DNA of 64,000 nt from Lama glama (lineage: Eukaryota): positions 43,278,001 to 43,342,000 of the forward strand of contig CM052817.1 in the NCBI GenBank assembly GCA_028534125.1, given 5' to 3'. Of this stretch, positions 53,773 through 64,000 are shown piece after piece. Positions within the stretch are counted from its first letter, which is position 1. Each line of letters opens with the position of its first letter. A program made the translations under genes and the position numbers. The notes beneath the pieces are model-generated. The model was not told the origin of the DNA. It searched no databases and was given only the letters and a program-made list of their open reading frames with translations.

Positions 53773-55974
53773 ATTATAATAATGGGCAAATTTAAAATTA
53801 AGACATGATTGAGTTCAAGTGATTAACTACTTGTGGCTTTTATTAGGAAACTGTAACTGAAGGCACTGAATTTAAGGACTGCGTAAGGGTTCTGGCAGAA
53901 GAGAAACAGCATATTTAAAAGGTTTGATAAAGGGCTTAAAAAAGGGACAATTCACGGAAGTGTGGGCAGGGTTAAGTTAAAGGAATCCACAAATGGGATG
54001 AAGCCCTGAGGACGAGGGACAGGATGAAAGCATTATGACCTCTAGGTCTGCATGGGCGAAGGAGGGACCGTGTGACCAGAGCCTTCAAAGACAGGACCTG
54101 TGGCCCGGGAGGGATGCAGGCAGCACACCCACAGCAAGGCAGTGGGGAGGCAGAGACACACCTCAGCTTCTCTCCCCTCAGTGTCTTGGGATCCTGCCAA
54201 TCTCAGCCAGAAGCCAAGGGGCAAGGCAGCCTTGGAGAGGCCGTTTCCTGGAGCAGAGACTTGGTGTGGAGACAAACAGCACAGGGGCTTTTGTGAGTTA
54301 CTAGTGCTGAGCATTGATTCATTTCGGAAATAGGCCTTTAGTGGGAATGTTGAAGGCAGAGATTGTGAAACTGTTTTTTAAAACAACTTACAAAACTTTC
54401 CCAAAGTCTGGGATTTTAATAACTCTTTATAACTTACTGGTCTTGGAGCTTGGTAGCCTTAAACCAAAATGAGCATGGGGATAAAATACTGCTAGTTTTT
54501 TGAGAGAGAGTTGCAGCTAGGGTCTATTTGGTTTTATCAAGCCAGTGACTGAATGTTTTGTGACAAACATTAGATCTGAGTTATAGGAACTTTGGACCAT
54601 TTTTAAGCAACACCAATTTGTGCAAAGACTTAAAATTCTGGGATTCATATGGAGCTTTAAAAGAAATTCATACGGAATTTTCAATGAAAATTATCCAGGA
54701 CAGTGACTGACGACTATTTCATGGGGTTGTTACCAGGACTGAATGAGGTAGAGAAGGTGAAGGAGTCATTGCTCTGAGTTGGCAGATGTGCCCAACATGG
54801 TACTGATATTGTTCCTAGAATGTTACCTGGGCCACTAGCTACTCTCAGTACGCCCTTGAAAGGGTGCCTGGCTGGAGTTCTCTCAGGCTGGAGATAGAAC
54901 CTTTATCACACACGGCATCTTAGTATTAGGTTGAGAGGTGTAAACTAATGATATTGGACTACTTTTAACTTACAAAATTAGCAATATCAGGGGGTTGAAA
55001 ACAGTAAGATATTCTCAACCGTCTCCCCAACCTGCTCTCATTCTGTTTCCTCAAAACCCTACTCTGTCAGATATTGCAAAATCTACATGAGAACTCATTT
55101 TCTGCCACTTACCCTCAGGTTTTCTAAATTTTATGGCCATGAAATTTCAGGTCTCAGAGACATTTTTATAGCCAGTTCAATTCGTAGATTGGTTCCTGAT
55201 ACAGCTTCTCTATGGCCCCAAGAGAAACGCTCTCCAGGGCTTAGAGCCTGCTGTTAGGCAAAGGACAATCATAGGAAATTATGAGGATGTAACATTTACA
55301 GGAAGCCTATGAAAGCATGTAAGGAAATTCCAGGCTTGGTTGTGGCATCTTTTCCCTGGATTCATGAAAACAGACTTTCCCATGTCTTGCTGAGTTTGCA
55401 AATGTGCCATCAAAAGGTGCCACAAGAGCCCCACTGGTCACCATCACTTGTTTCCCAGAGGGGACAGGCATACAAATGCCCAGGCTTGCAGAATGTCTGG
55501 GCTCAGTTTCATTCTGACTCTTCTGCCATTTTCCTTCACAAGCCAATAAATTCTTATTTGGAGCTTTGGTTATCTCCAGGGTGAGTTATGGACACTTTAG
55601 AAATCCTTGCATATGCATAAAAGGACGCAGCCATGTTCACACTGTATCAAGTGTCCTGAGAAGGCATGATAATCAGTATAGTGAAAATAATCATCTTACT
55701 GTATTACACACAGATTTTAATTATTCCTCTTTGTCCTAGGGTTTCAGTAGACTGCAAAAGAAGAACTATGATAATTTGGGCATAGGTAATTTATTCTTCA
55801 TCTTGATCTTAGCACAGTTAGTGAGTGTCTCGGATTAACCCCTTCAAAGAGGTTTTCTCCAAAAAAACTTTGTCTCAAATTTTGGAAGGATTTTGCCATC
55901 TCCATGGTACTGTCTTATGTTAATGAGAAAAAGAATCTAATGAGATGGACATAGACAAAAAACACAACCAGACT

Positions 55975-58900
55975 GTCATTAATTAATACAAATTTATATA
56001 GTGACATGTGCTATTGGAGAAATCAGAAATTCATAACACACAAATTGGCATTGGAAATACAAAAATCATGTGAGAGTCAAGAAATCAGGTTGACAGCACC
56101 ACGGATGTTTTACTCAGTCTGAGCAGAGGTGCAGGATCCAGGAACAATGAATACCTGTAGGACACTGAGACTGAATATTGTAAGACTGTGCAAACACGAG
56201 CCAGTGCTCTTTCTGCATCTACCAGTAAGAATCCGCACGAGTCCCCCAGGCGGCCTGGGGTACGGTCAAAGGGCAGAGGTGCAGACTCTTCTTTCTTTTA
56301 ATCTTCACAGCCAGCGTGTGAGAGCAAATAGCAACCCCCGAGGGTTTTCTGTTCCTTCTCACCTAAAGGCATGGTCTAAAAGGTTAGCAAAACACACACA
56401 AGGCATTAGTGAGCGAGTTAGAGACACTGAAAGGAAAGGTTGGACTGAAATATAATCCCATATCAGTCACCAAGTTATCTGGTTCCTCATATTGAGTATA
56501 AAACAGAAACGAAATGAAAAAGTCCGTATCGAAGGAGCCAATCCCAGCTTTCCATCTCCGGACACTTAACGTGATACCAGTGTGCGTTCACTAGACAAGT
56601 ATCAGCATCGGATGAAGTGTGTGTTGTGGGGGCGGGGGGGGGGGGGGGAAGGCGGGAACAGTCCAAGGGCTTCCTTCCACACATGTAACTCACTAGCTCC
56701 AGGCCCCACAGACGCTGCCCTTGTCGTTCCAGAGCATCCCACGGAGGGCGCCGGGAGCGCGCTGGGATCAGCCTTCCCGCGCTGGCTCCGTTCTGCCTGC
56801 CACCTGTCTGCGCCCCTCTGTTCGGCAGCCATGGAAGGGCTGGGCAGAGAGGCTGAGCAAGCGGAAAGCTGCTGCCGTAACGTGCAAGTATCCCCGCCCC
56901 CAGGAGCAGGTGTACACAACGGGCCAAATCAAACGCTTCGTCATTATTGTTTGGCTTCCTGTCATTGCAGACTTCACGTTCACCTTCTAGGTCATGCTGG
57001 AGAAGGTCCCCTGCCCGGCTGATGGGCTCTCCAGTCATGAGACACCAATTCTGGAGGTTCTTGAGGCCCATACAGAAGTCTGGGTCCCCAGTGCCAAGCT
57101 GGTCTCAAGTAGCACCTGACCAGTTAGGAGAATCGGGTTCTGGGCCCACTCACCCCAACTCATCCTCTCCTGAAAAACTTATGCGCATCTCGGAATGTGA
57201 AGTCAGACTTTCTTCTAAATGTCCTGCTCTGGAGATGGGCTCGTGGTCTCACCTCCTGCTAATACATTATTAGAGATTTTCTGACCTGTCCTCCCAAGTC
57301 CACAGCCAGGTTCAGGCCCATGTCAAGTGGTGTTTCTTCGTTCCAATGAGAAGATTATTTTATAATCCAAGTAGAAGAGACACTTTGGGATTTTATTCCC
57401 TCTACTTGACCTTGTGATGTTGCCACCGGCCTCTCTCCCCTCCCCTCCCCTCCCTAAGTGCATTCCCCTAGCATTCACCCATGACACCACTCATTTGTCT
57501 ACTTTACTTGTTACTGGCAAGGCACTGCTGAGGAACCGAAGGCATGGCTCACACCTGTCCTTCTCTCAAGCAGCCTGGAGCCCAGCAGAGTTGCCTAAAG
57601 CCTCTCGCTGTTCACTCTCTCTAACTTTTAGTACCAAAGTGTTTCCAGGGTGGAATGTTCACAAAGAGCTTGGGTCCTTCTAATCCAAATATTACAGTGT
57701 GAATGCTCTGTGATGTGCTCAGGGATGGCGGTGGCCGTGCATCAGGAGGAGGACATGTCTTTCACTCACAACAAGGGAACTGTGCCTCTAGTTCAAAACA
57801 GCACGAAAGACATGCTGATGTTTTTGCCAGTACTGCAGAAACCAAAACGGAACACAAAAGCAAGCAGTGTGCACACTACATACATCATTAAGCTGCTATT
57901 TAAACACTAAATCATTTTAAGGCCATGTGTCCACGGCCTTGTCATGTGCTGATATGGTAAAATAAGTGCCTGAGCTACCAAAAAAGAACCCCCCAAAAGA
58001 GAAATCCCCAAAACCCTGTACCAGGGACGGTGCCTTTATCCACTGTGAGTACTAGTTGGCATCTATTAATTCTCATTTCTCTCTGCTCTGAGCTTTCTCC
58101 TAATTTGCTTTATTCAAATGAATCACTGACTTTTCTGAAACCCAAACAAAATAAAAGCCCCACAGCTAGCAAAAAGCACATGGCTTGTCTATTATTGGAC
58201 TGGGCAAAGCCTGGGGTAGTATGAACTGTGGTGGGCATTTTAAGCACCCATGGTTATGCTGAATGAAAAGGCCATGGTGCAGTGATCTTGCTTCACAGCA
58301 TCCTGCATCAGGGAGGATGCCCGAATGGGTCCTCGGTGCTGTGGAAACCAGCGAGGCACAAGGACATCCCCCCAGACCTAGGGTGTGGTGCTTCACTGAT
58401 GTGCATGGAGCTGCCCACCAGGCCCCTCCGTTCCCCTGCTTTCAGTGCCCGGTCTGTAAGGGCGGTTCCGCTGTGCCTGATCTCTGATGGGAGAGGCTGG
58501 AGTTTCTCCCAAGAGTTGCAGAGAAATGCTCTCATCTAGGGCACTTTGAACCCCCAGGTGGAAAAGGGCTGGTGAGGCAAAGTGCAGTTAGAGGCCATGT
58601 AGTGCAGGCTGTCAAGTGGACACAATGAGCAAATAGCACAGCAAAATGTGCTGATTAGCAGAGTTCTGAGTGGAATCTGGGTGTCAGCAACCACAACGCT
58701 GCTGTCCAGAGGCCCAGGAAAAGTCCGAGCAGAAGGGAGCTGGAGGTGGGAGAAGAAACCAAAGGCCCTGCACCCCACTCTCCCTTTCTGGGACTGCACA
58801 GTCCACCCCCCAGTCCTCTGAGCAGCACCCGCTGACCTGTCTAACTCCTGTCCTCTTACAGAACTCTGGCTTTCTAAGTCGGCCTTCCGGCGGGAACAAT

Positions 58901-59141
58901 CTGTCGCTGTTGAAACTTTTAACGGGATCCCCAGAAAGGGCTGCTTCCATGCGCTGGGGTCTCAGTGGTTCTTTGTTTCGTGAGGTAGCTCAGTTGTGAG
59001 TTGATGGGTGGGATGTGTGCCTTCCGCCACTCAAAGCTATAATTTTCCCTTTTGAATCTGCAAGATTAGAAAAATACCAGTATTTTCCCCTGTTGTATAA
59101 AAATGATTTTAGGAAAAAAAAATACACGTGGGTCTCCTCCA
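55975..59141 (-). other. FRAS1: FRAS1 3' UTR (~3.1 kb; distal end inferred)
   Basis: Repeat-poor sequence after the stop, ending at a TATAAA variant signal (55993-55998) followed by a GT/T-rich element (~55953-55970). Internal AATAAA at 58109-58114 and 57392-57397. Confidence 0.55.
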
Positions 59142-59735
59142 TTAAACTTCTGTTCCGTCTTGTAAATTGTTGTGCACTCTGACTTCCAGATTCAATTTTT
59201 TGACTTTAGCACCTTTGAACGCGTATGCTGCCTGGGTTTCACTCAGGATGTTGACATCCCGCACAGTGCAGTACTGCCTGTTCACGTTCTTCTCCACCCT
59301 GTCCAGGCCCCTCTTGGGCACATCCACCTTGGTATTCAGAGGGTATTCCTCCAGAATGTCCTCTGTGGGTGGCTTCTTCCTCTGTTTCTGGCATTTCCTG
59401 GTGATGAAACAAGCCACCAAGAACACCAGAAGCAGGAGCATGACAGCGGCAAAGGCGCTGCCGATGGACGCCCCGGTTTGGGAGAGAGAAGCTGCGACAA
59501 CTGGCTCTTGCATCTCCAGGGTCAGGGACTTCATATTGGTGCCATTCTTGACTTGGTCCCCTTCGTTGTCATAGATGAGGGAGTCGTCAAGGGACATCCA
59601 GCCACTGGGGTCCACCAGGTCCCTTCGGTTGCGCCTCAGAGGGGCTGTGAGAGAGCGCTGGACCCTGGGACCCGAGATGGTGTCTGGGCCAATGACGTAG
59701 ATCACCTGCAGGTACCACTGGTGTCCTGCTTCCAC
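59142..59735 (-). CDS. FRAS1: FRAS1 terminal exon coding part (197 aa + TAA): basic RRNRR motif, TM helix, cytoplasmic tail ending in PDZ-binding GTEV
   Basis: VEAGHQWYLQVIY...IGSAFAAVMLLLLVFLVACFI...VHNNLQDGTEV* matches the recalled FRAS1 C-terminus; acceptor ...ctcctcctcctgcag ends at 59736. Confidence 0.96.
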   Translation of the reverse strand: MEAGHQWYLQVIYVIGPDTISGPRVQRSLTAPLRRNRRDLVDPSGWMSLDDSLIYDNEGDQVKNGTNMKSLTLEMQEPVVAASLSQTGASIGSAFAAVMLLLLVFLVACFITRKCQKQRKKPPTEDILEEYPLNTKVDVPKRGLDRVEKNVNRQYCTVRDVNILSETQAAYAFKGAKVKKLNLEVRVHNNLQDGTEV

Positions 59736-59867
59736 CTGCAGGAGGAGGAGACAGGGAGACAAATCGAACACGTCACTGCCGCCTGCAGACCACCTCTGAG
59801 GAAAGGGATGGAAAGGCAACTGCCCGCCAGAAGCCGGGATAGATAACGGATTTCAAGAAAAGCATTA

Positions 59868-60691
59868 ATCAACCACAACAATGCTGACTGCAGCATTATT
59901 TACAATTGTCAAGATATGAAACCAACACAAGTGTCCATCAATAGATGAATGGATAAAGAAGTTGTGATATATATACATATACATATCTATATGCAAAGTC
60001 AACAAATTAAATCTAGAAGTCAGAGTGCACAATGATTTACAAGATGGAACAGAAGTTTAATGGATATAATTACTCAAACATTAAAAAGAATCTTGTCATT
60101 TATGACAAGATGGATGGACCTGGCGGGTATTATGCTAAGTGAAATAAGTCGAACAGAGAAAAACGAATACCATATGATTTCACTTATATGTGGAATCTGA
60201 AAAACAAAACAAACAAAACAAAATGAAAACACTCATAGATACACAAAACAAACTGGTGGATGCTAGAGGGAGGGTGAAATAGGTAAAGGGGTTTAAGAGG
60301 TACAAACCTCTAGTTGTAAAATAAATAAGCCATGGGATGTAATATACAGTAAAAGAAATATGGCCATAATGTTGTAATAATGTTGTATGGGGACAGGTGG
60401 TTACTAGACTTATGTTGATCATTTCATAACATATGCAAAAGTCAAATCACTGTGTAGGACATCTGAAACTAACATACTACTGTATGTCAAATATATTTCA
60501 ATTAAACAAAAAGAGAGGAAATTGATCTACTAAAGAATCCTTTGCTTTTAAAGTCATGGAATAAATCAGACCATAACAGGCATACTTTAAAAAAATGTTG
60601 AAGTAAGACTATGCCTGGTTTATTTAAGGATTAGTAAATATGCCAATATAACTGTAGTAGAATAAAGATTCTGATGAAGTAAAACAAAAAA
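59868..60691 (+). mobile_element. 5'-truncated L1 insertion (L1MA-like 3' UTR) with captured FRAS1 patch and 3' transduction
   Basis: L1 3' UTR at ~59881-60506; TSD AAGAAAAGCATTA at 59855-59867 and 60692-60704; AATAAA 60661-60666 and A-tail 60681-60691. Confidence 0.85.
59995..60064 (+). repeat. Inverted copy of the FRAS1 CDS 3' end (of 59138-59207)
   Basis: Ungapped hand alignment 64/70 identical; the copy reads KVNKLNLEVRVHNDLQDGTEV* against the exon's KVKKLNLEVRVHNNLQDGTEV*. Confidence 0.95.
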
Positions 60692-61691
60692 AAGAAAAGC
60701 ATTAGCAATAGTTGGTGTCTATGTATAGAGACCTGAGCCAAATATCATGGGTTCTATTTTATTTCCAAATGAAGGTGATCTTGAGTCAGCTATTCACATT
60801 TTTTTGTTTCCCTATCTGTGCACATAATAGCCCTAAAAATTTACCTTTCAGGGTTCTGTAGCTAAGTGAGTGCTTATGATTTGTTGGTCTTTATTGACAA
60901 CAGTGGAGTAATAGTATTAATAACCACATTTATTCCCAGTGACCCTCAACTGGTTTTTATGCTAATTTACTATTTATTATGAACTTTAGCTAAAATAGAG
61001 TCATTCAAAAAATATTCACTAAATACCTACTCTGTGCATAATACACGGGTACCTGATGAAAATTTTGCTAAATCTGAACACTTCTTGGATCATCTCTTGA
61101 GCAGTTACGTCATCAAGTGTTTTATTTCCCTCTCTTCTGCCCCGATTGAAACCCTCTATGATTTTGAAATAACTTCTGAAAAGTAGTAATAGTTCTGAAA
61201 CCCAAGGCCATGGATTACTTACTATTTGGAGAAAAAAGTGGAATTTGATCTTGGAAGTTCATGATTATTACTGGGACTTAGAGCATTTTTGCTTATCAAA
61301 TACTAGTAATTCTTGCCATTCTGTATTACTGAATTGTATTTGTGATTGTATTAACTGTTTCCACATGCCTGTGAAAACCAACTGGTGCTGCATGAAGCCA
61401 AAAGGCAAGCAATACAAAAGAACTTAGGAAAAAGTAGAGCATCACGTGCCCTCCTGATGTGCACAATGACAAGTGACTGTAGCCAAATTAAAGAGTTGTA
61501 TTATTGCTTTGGCCTCCTGGGGGCAGATGGAGAAAGTTTTGGGTGAATGATAAGCTTAACAACCATAAAAAAGACCTGCCAGAAAGAATGCTACAGACAG
61601 AAACTGACATGGCAGAGATGATGTCATCCTCCTCTTTGCAACCTTTAAAGTGACTTTAGTCCTGTGCTTCTGCTCTTGTTGCCACACTCAC

Positions 61692-61838
61692 CTTATAGAG
61701 TGCGTCTACCTTCAGAGTAAATCCATCCACACCTGGCATGCTACTGACCACGTGGAAATCAGGCAACTCAGAAGCAAAGTGGGCCTCAAAGGGCACATCA
61801 TGGAAGTATTTGTCAGTTACCTCCGGCTGACTGCGGTC
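61692..61838 (-). CDS. FRAS1: FRAS1 penultimate exon (147 nt)
   Basis: DRSQPEVTDKYFHDVPFEAHFASELPDFHVVSSMPGVDGFTLKVDALYK; AG/GTGAGT flanks. Confidence 0.95.
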
Positions 61839-62084
61839 CTAGGATTTCAGAACAAAGAAACACAAGATTTGGAAAGATGGAACTACTGAACCGGCAGGTG
61901 GTGGTCACTGGGAGGAGAAAGGTTCTGTGCACTCCTCTGTTGGGTTGGGTTGGGAGAGTGTGTGCTGCAGAAGCCCTCTCTTAAGTTGACCGCTACCTCT
62001 GAGCACTTACTGCCCTCTTCAAGGGATGACACTTGGTGGCCTCTGTGATCTCAAAATACAACAAATAAGATAACCCAGACCAAA

Positions 62085-62763
62085 AATGCTCAAGCTATTT
62101 GGTCTCAGGACCCTTTACACACAGAAAAATCAAGGACCCGCAAAGCTTTTGTTTTATGTAGTTTATATCTTTCAATATTTACTGTATTAAAATTAACACT
62201 GTAATTATAGTACAGTTAACAATTTTTAAATGAAAAAGTTATGTATTTACTAATTCATTTTAAAATAAAAGTGAGAAACTCATTACATGTTAACATAAGT
62301 AGCGTATTTGTTAGTGAAAATGCCTATATTCACACCCACCTCCCCAAAAGAGAGCTAGCATTGTTTTACGTTTTTACAAATCTCTGGGAAAAGAACTAGC
62401 TTCCCATAACTGCTTCTGTATTCAATCAGTTGTGAGATGCTGTTTTGACTGAAGTATATGACGAAAATCTGGCCTCACACAGCTGTGTAGCTGGAAGAGG
62501 GAGACATGTTTGAATAACTTTTTCAGACAACTGTGAAGATTCTTTTTTGATATTAAATCAAAAATCACTGAGTTTTTAAAGATTAGGCACCATATGGAGG
62601 CTGAATCCGTATCAATCAACCTTCATACTCACTGCACTCATGAGGGAATGAGTAGGAAAAAGGCAAGATCGTCATATTATGAAAGTAGTTTTAACCCTGT
62701 GGACTCCCTGAAAGAATACTGGGGATATTCAGGGGTCTCTGGGCCACACTTTGAGAAACACTG
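62085..62763. mobile_element. Charlie1-like hAT element
   Basis: tttggtctcaggaccctttacac...aaagcttttgttttatg...gggccacactttgagaaacactg terminus. Confidence 0.7.
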
Positions 62764-62986
62764 GCTTAGAATTTCCCCTTCCTGAAACATCACAGCTGCT
62801 TGTCTTGCCAACCACCATAACCATCACGGTTGGTGGTACGTACTGGCGTTAAGTTGATACAAACAACAACAACGGAATCTGTAGAAAAGCATCAGGAGTG
62901 CAGCTCTGTCTGCTTGAGGCAGAAGTCATAGCTGAGGGAGGGAATCTCCTGGTGTGGCCGCCCTTTAGCCCCGACGGTTAGCGTAC

Positions 62987-63192
62987 CAGCAGCAGGAATC
63001 TGTGTTTCAGGTGTCTGTTGGGCTGAATGCATCCGTACTGTGGCCCCTCATTGTAGATTGTCCCCGTGGGATCAAAGAAAGGCACGTAGCCATCCTTGCC
63101 AGTACAAAGGTAGACTTTCTCCAGTTGGAGTTTGTAGGCAGAATTAAGGTTTTGTTCCGGATTCCAAAGTACTCGGCCATAAAGGATTTGAC
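62987..63192 (-). CDS. FRAS1: FRAS1 third-from-last coding exon (206 nt)
   Basis: (G)QILYGRVLWNPEQNLNSAYKLQLEKVYLCTGKDGYVPFFDPTGTIYNEGPQYGCIQPNRHLKHRFLLL; AG/GT flanks. The gene continues beyond the window end. Confidence 0.95.
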
Positions 63193-64000
63193 CTGAAAAG
63201 ATTGCAAAACATTAATTAGGTCAGACTTTCAGATTAAAGAGGGGAAAAAAAAGTGTCAAGGATAGAAAGGATTTAACATGCTTCCTAACAGTCAAAAGTA
63301 CCTTTCTATGAAGAGCTGTGTGGTCCCCGAGCCCCTGAAATATACATTCATTGATTTAGCGCTTCTTTTAATCAGTAAGCATCAATGAAGTATTTAGGGT
63401 CCTCTGAGTGAGACGCAGCCAAGAGGGTAGAAATAAAAGCAAAGCAATTGCTAAAAATAGCTCACATTTGTGGAACTCATGCTATCACTTGGTGCTGTGC
63501 TAAGTTCTCCCCAAGTGCTCACAATTTTAGACACGAGGAAGTTGAGTGGTTAAGCGATTTGCTGAAGGTCACAAAGCTAGCAAGTGGTGAGGGTGGGACT
63601 CCACATCAAGGTACTTTGGCTCTAAAAGCCACACTATTAACCACCACGACACTCTGCTGTTATGAATCACAACAGAGGAAGGTACATTACATTAAATAAG
63701 CCTAAGGCTGAGCATACAGATCTGCCTGGAGAGAGGTATGGAAAGGTTCAGAGGAGATGACATTTGAGCAGTATCCTGAAACATGAGTAGGCATTTGCCA
63801 GGTAGAGCCTTGAGGTGGGAGGGAGAGGCTGGGGAGAGCATGCTAGGCAAAAGCAAGTCTGTGTACAAAGTATGGACTGCTGGGAGGGCACCAGTCCTGG
63901 GGCAGCTGCTGCCCCTCAGTGCCTGCTGGGCCATCGGGTTCTTTACCTGTGGTGTCTTAATCCTCCCCAGAGCCCAAGAGATGGGTTCAATTATTACCCC

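Noticed and set aside
56487..57273. Overlapping ORFs up to 194 aa in a GC-rich part of the FRAS1 3' UTR
   Set aside because: ORFs on both strands, no recognisable domain, explained by local GC content.
59703..59742. CCTGCAGGTG repeated 30 nt apart, a possible in-frame alternative acceptor in the FRAS1 last exon
   Set aside because: The internal copy has no polypyrimidine tract and is explained by the YLQV codons.
59736..59819. N-terminal part of ORF 59142..59819
   Set aside because: Intronic: it lies upstream of the polypyrimidine/CAG acceptor, and FRAS1 homology starts at VEAGHQ.
59167..59846. Plus-strand ORFs of 224 aa and 135 aa
   Set aside because: Antisense shadows of the FRAS1 terminal exon; no recognisable product and non-ATG starts.
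59995..60064. FRAS1-like peptide as a separate gene or processed pseudogene
   Set aside because: Only 70 bp, no start, splice sites or own poly(A)/TSD; reported as a templated inverted patch instead.
1..64000. CRISPR arrays, operons or other prokaryotic/viral defence-type systems
   Set aside because: The sequence is spliced mammalian genomic DNA; I saw no repeat-spacer arrays, long intronless ORFs or foreign-composition inserts.

Overview
Mammalian genomic DNA, probably camelid judging from a tRNA-derived SINE at ~53.2 kb. It holds two minus-strand genes in the FRAS1-ANXA3 order known from human. ANXA3 (annexin A3) is complete: a CpG-island promoter at ~48.5-49.1 kb, a non-coding exon 1 and 12 coding exons (45940 down to 3227). 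These splice at GT-AG sites into 972 nt, i.e. 323 aa plus stop. FRAS1 is present as its last three coding exons (63192 down to 59142; transmembrane helix, C-terminal ...GTEV) plus a ~3 kb 3' UTR. The rest is intronic or intergenic DNA rich in L1, L2, MIR, LTR and DNA-transposon fragments. The most unusual structure is an L1 insertion in the last FRAS1 intron (59855-60704). It has a 13-bp target-site duplication, an apparent 3' transduction, and an internal 70-bp inverted copy (64/70 identical) of FRAS1's own last 21 codons and stop codon, which could form an intron-exon RNA duplex over the stop. There are no prokaryotic-type systems. Repeat family names come from recalled consensus sequences, and repeat boundaries are approximate unless TSDs or TIRs are given.
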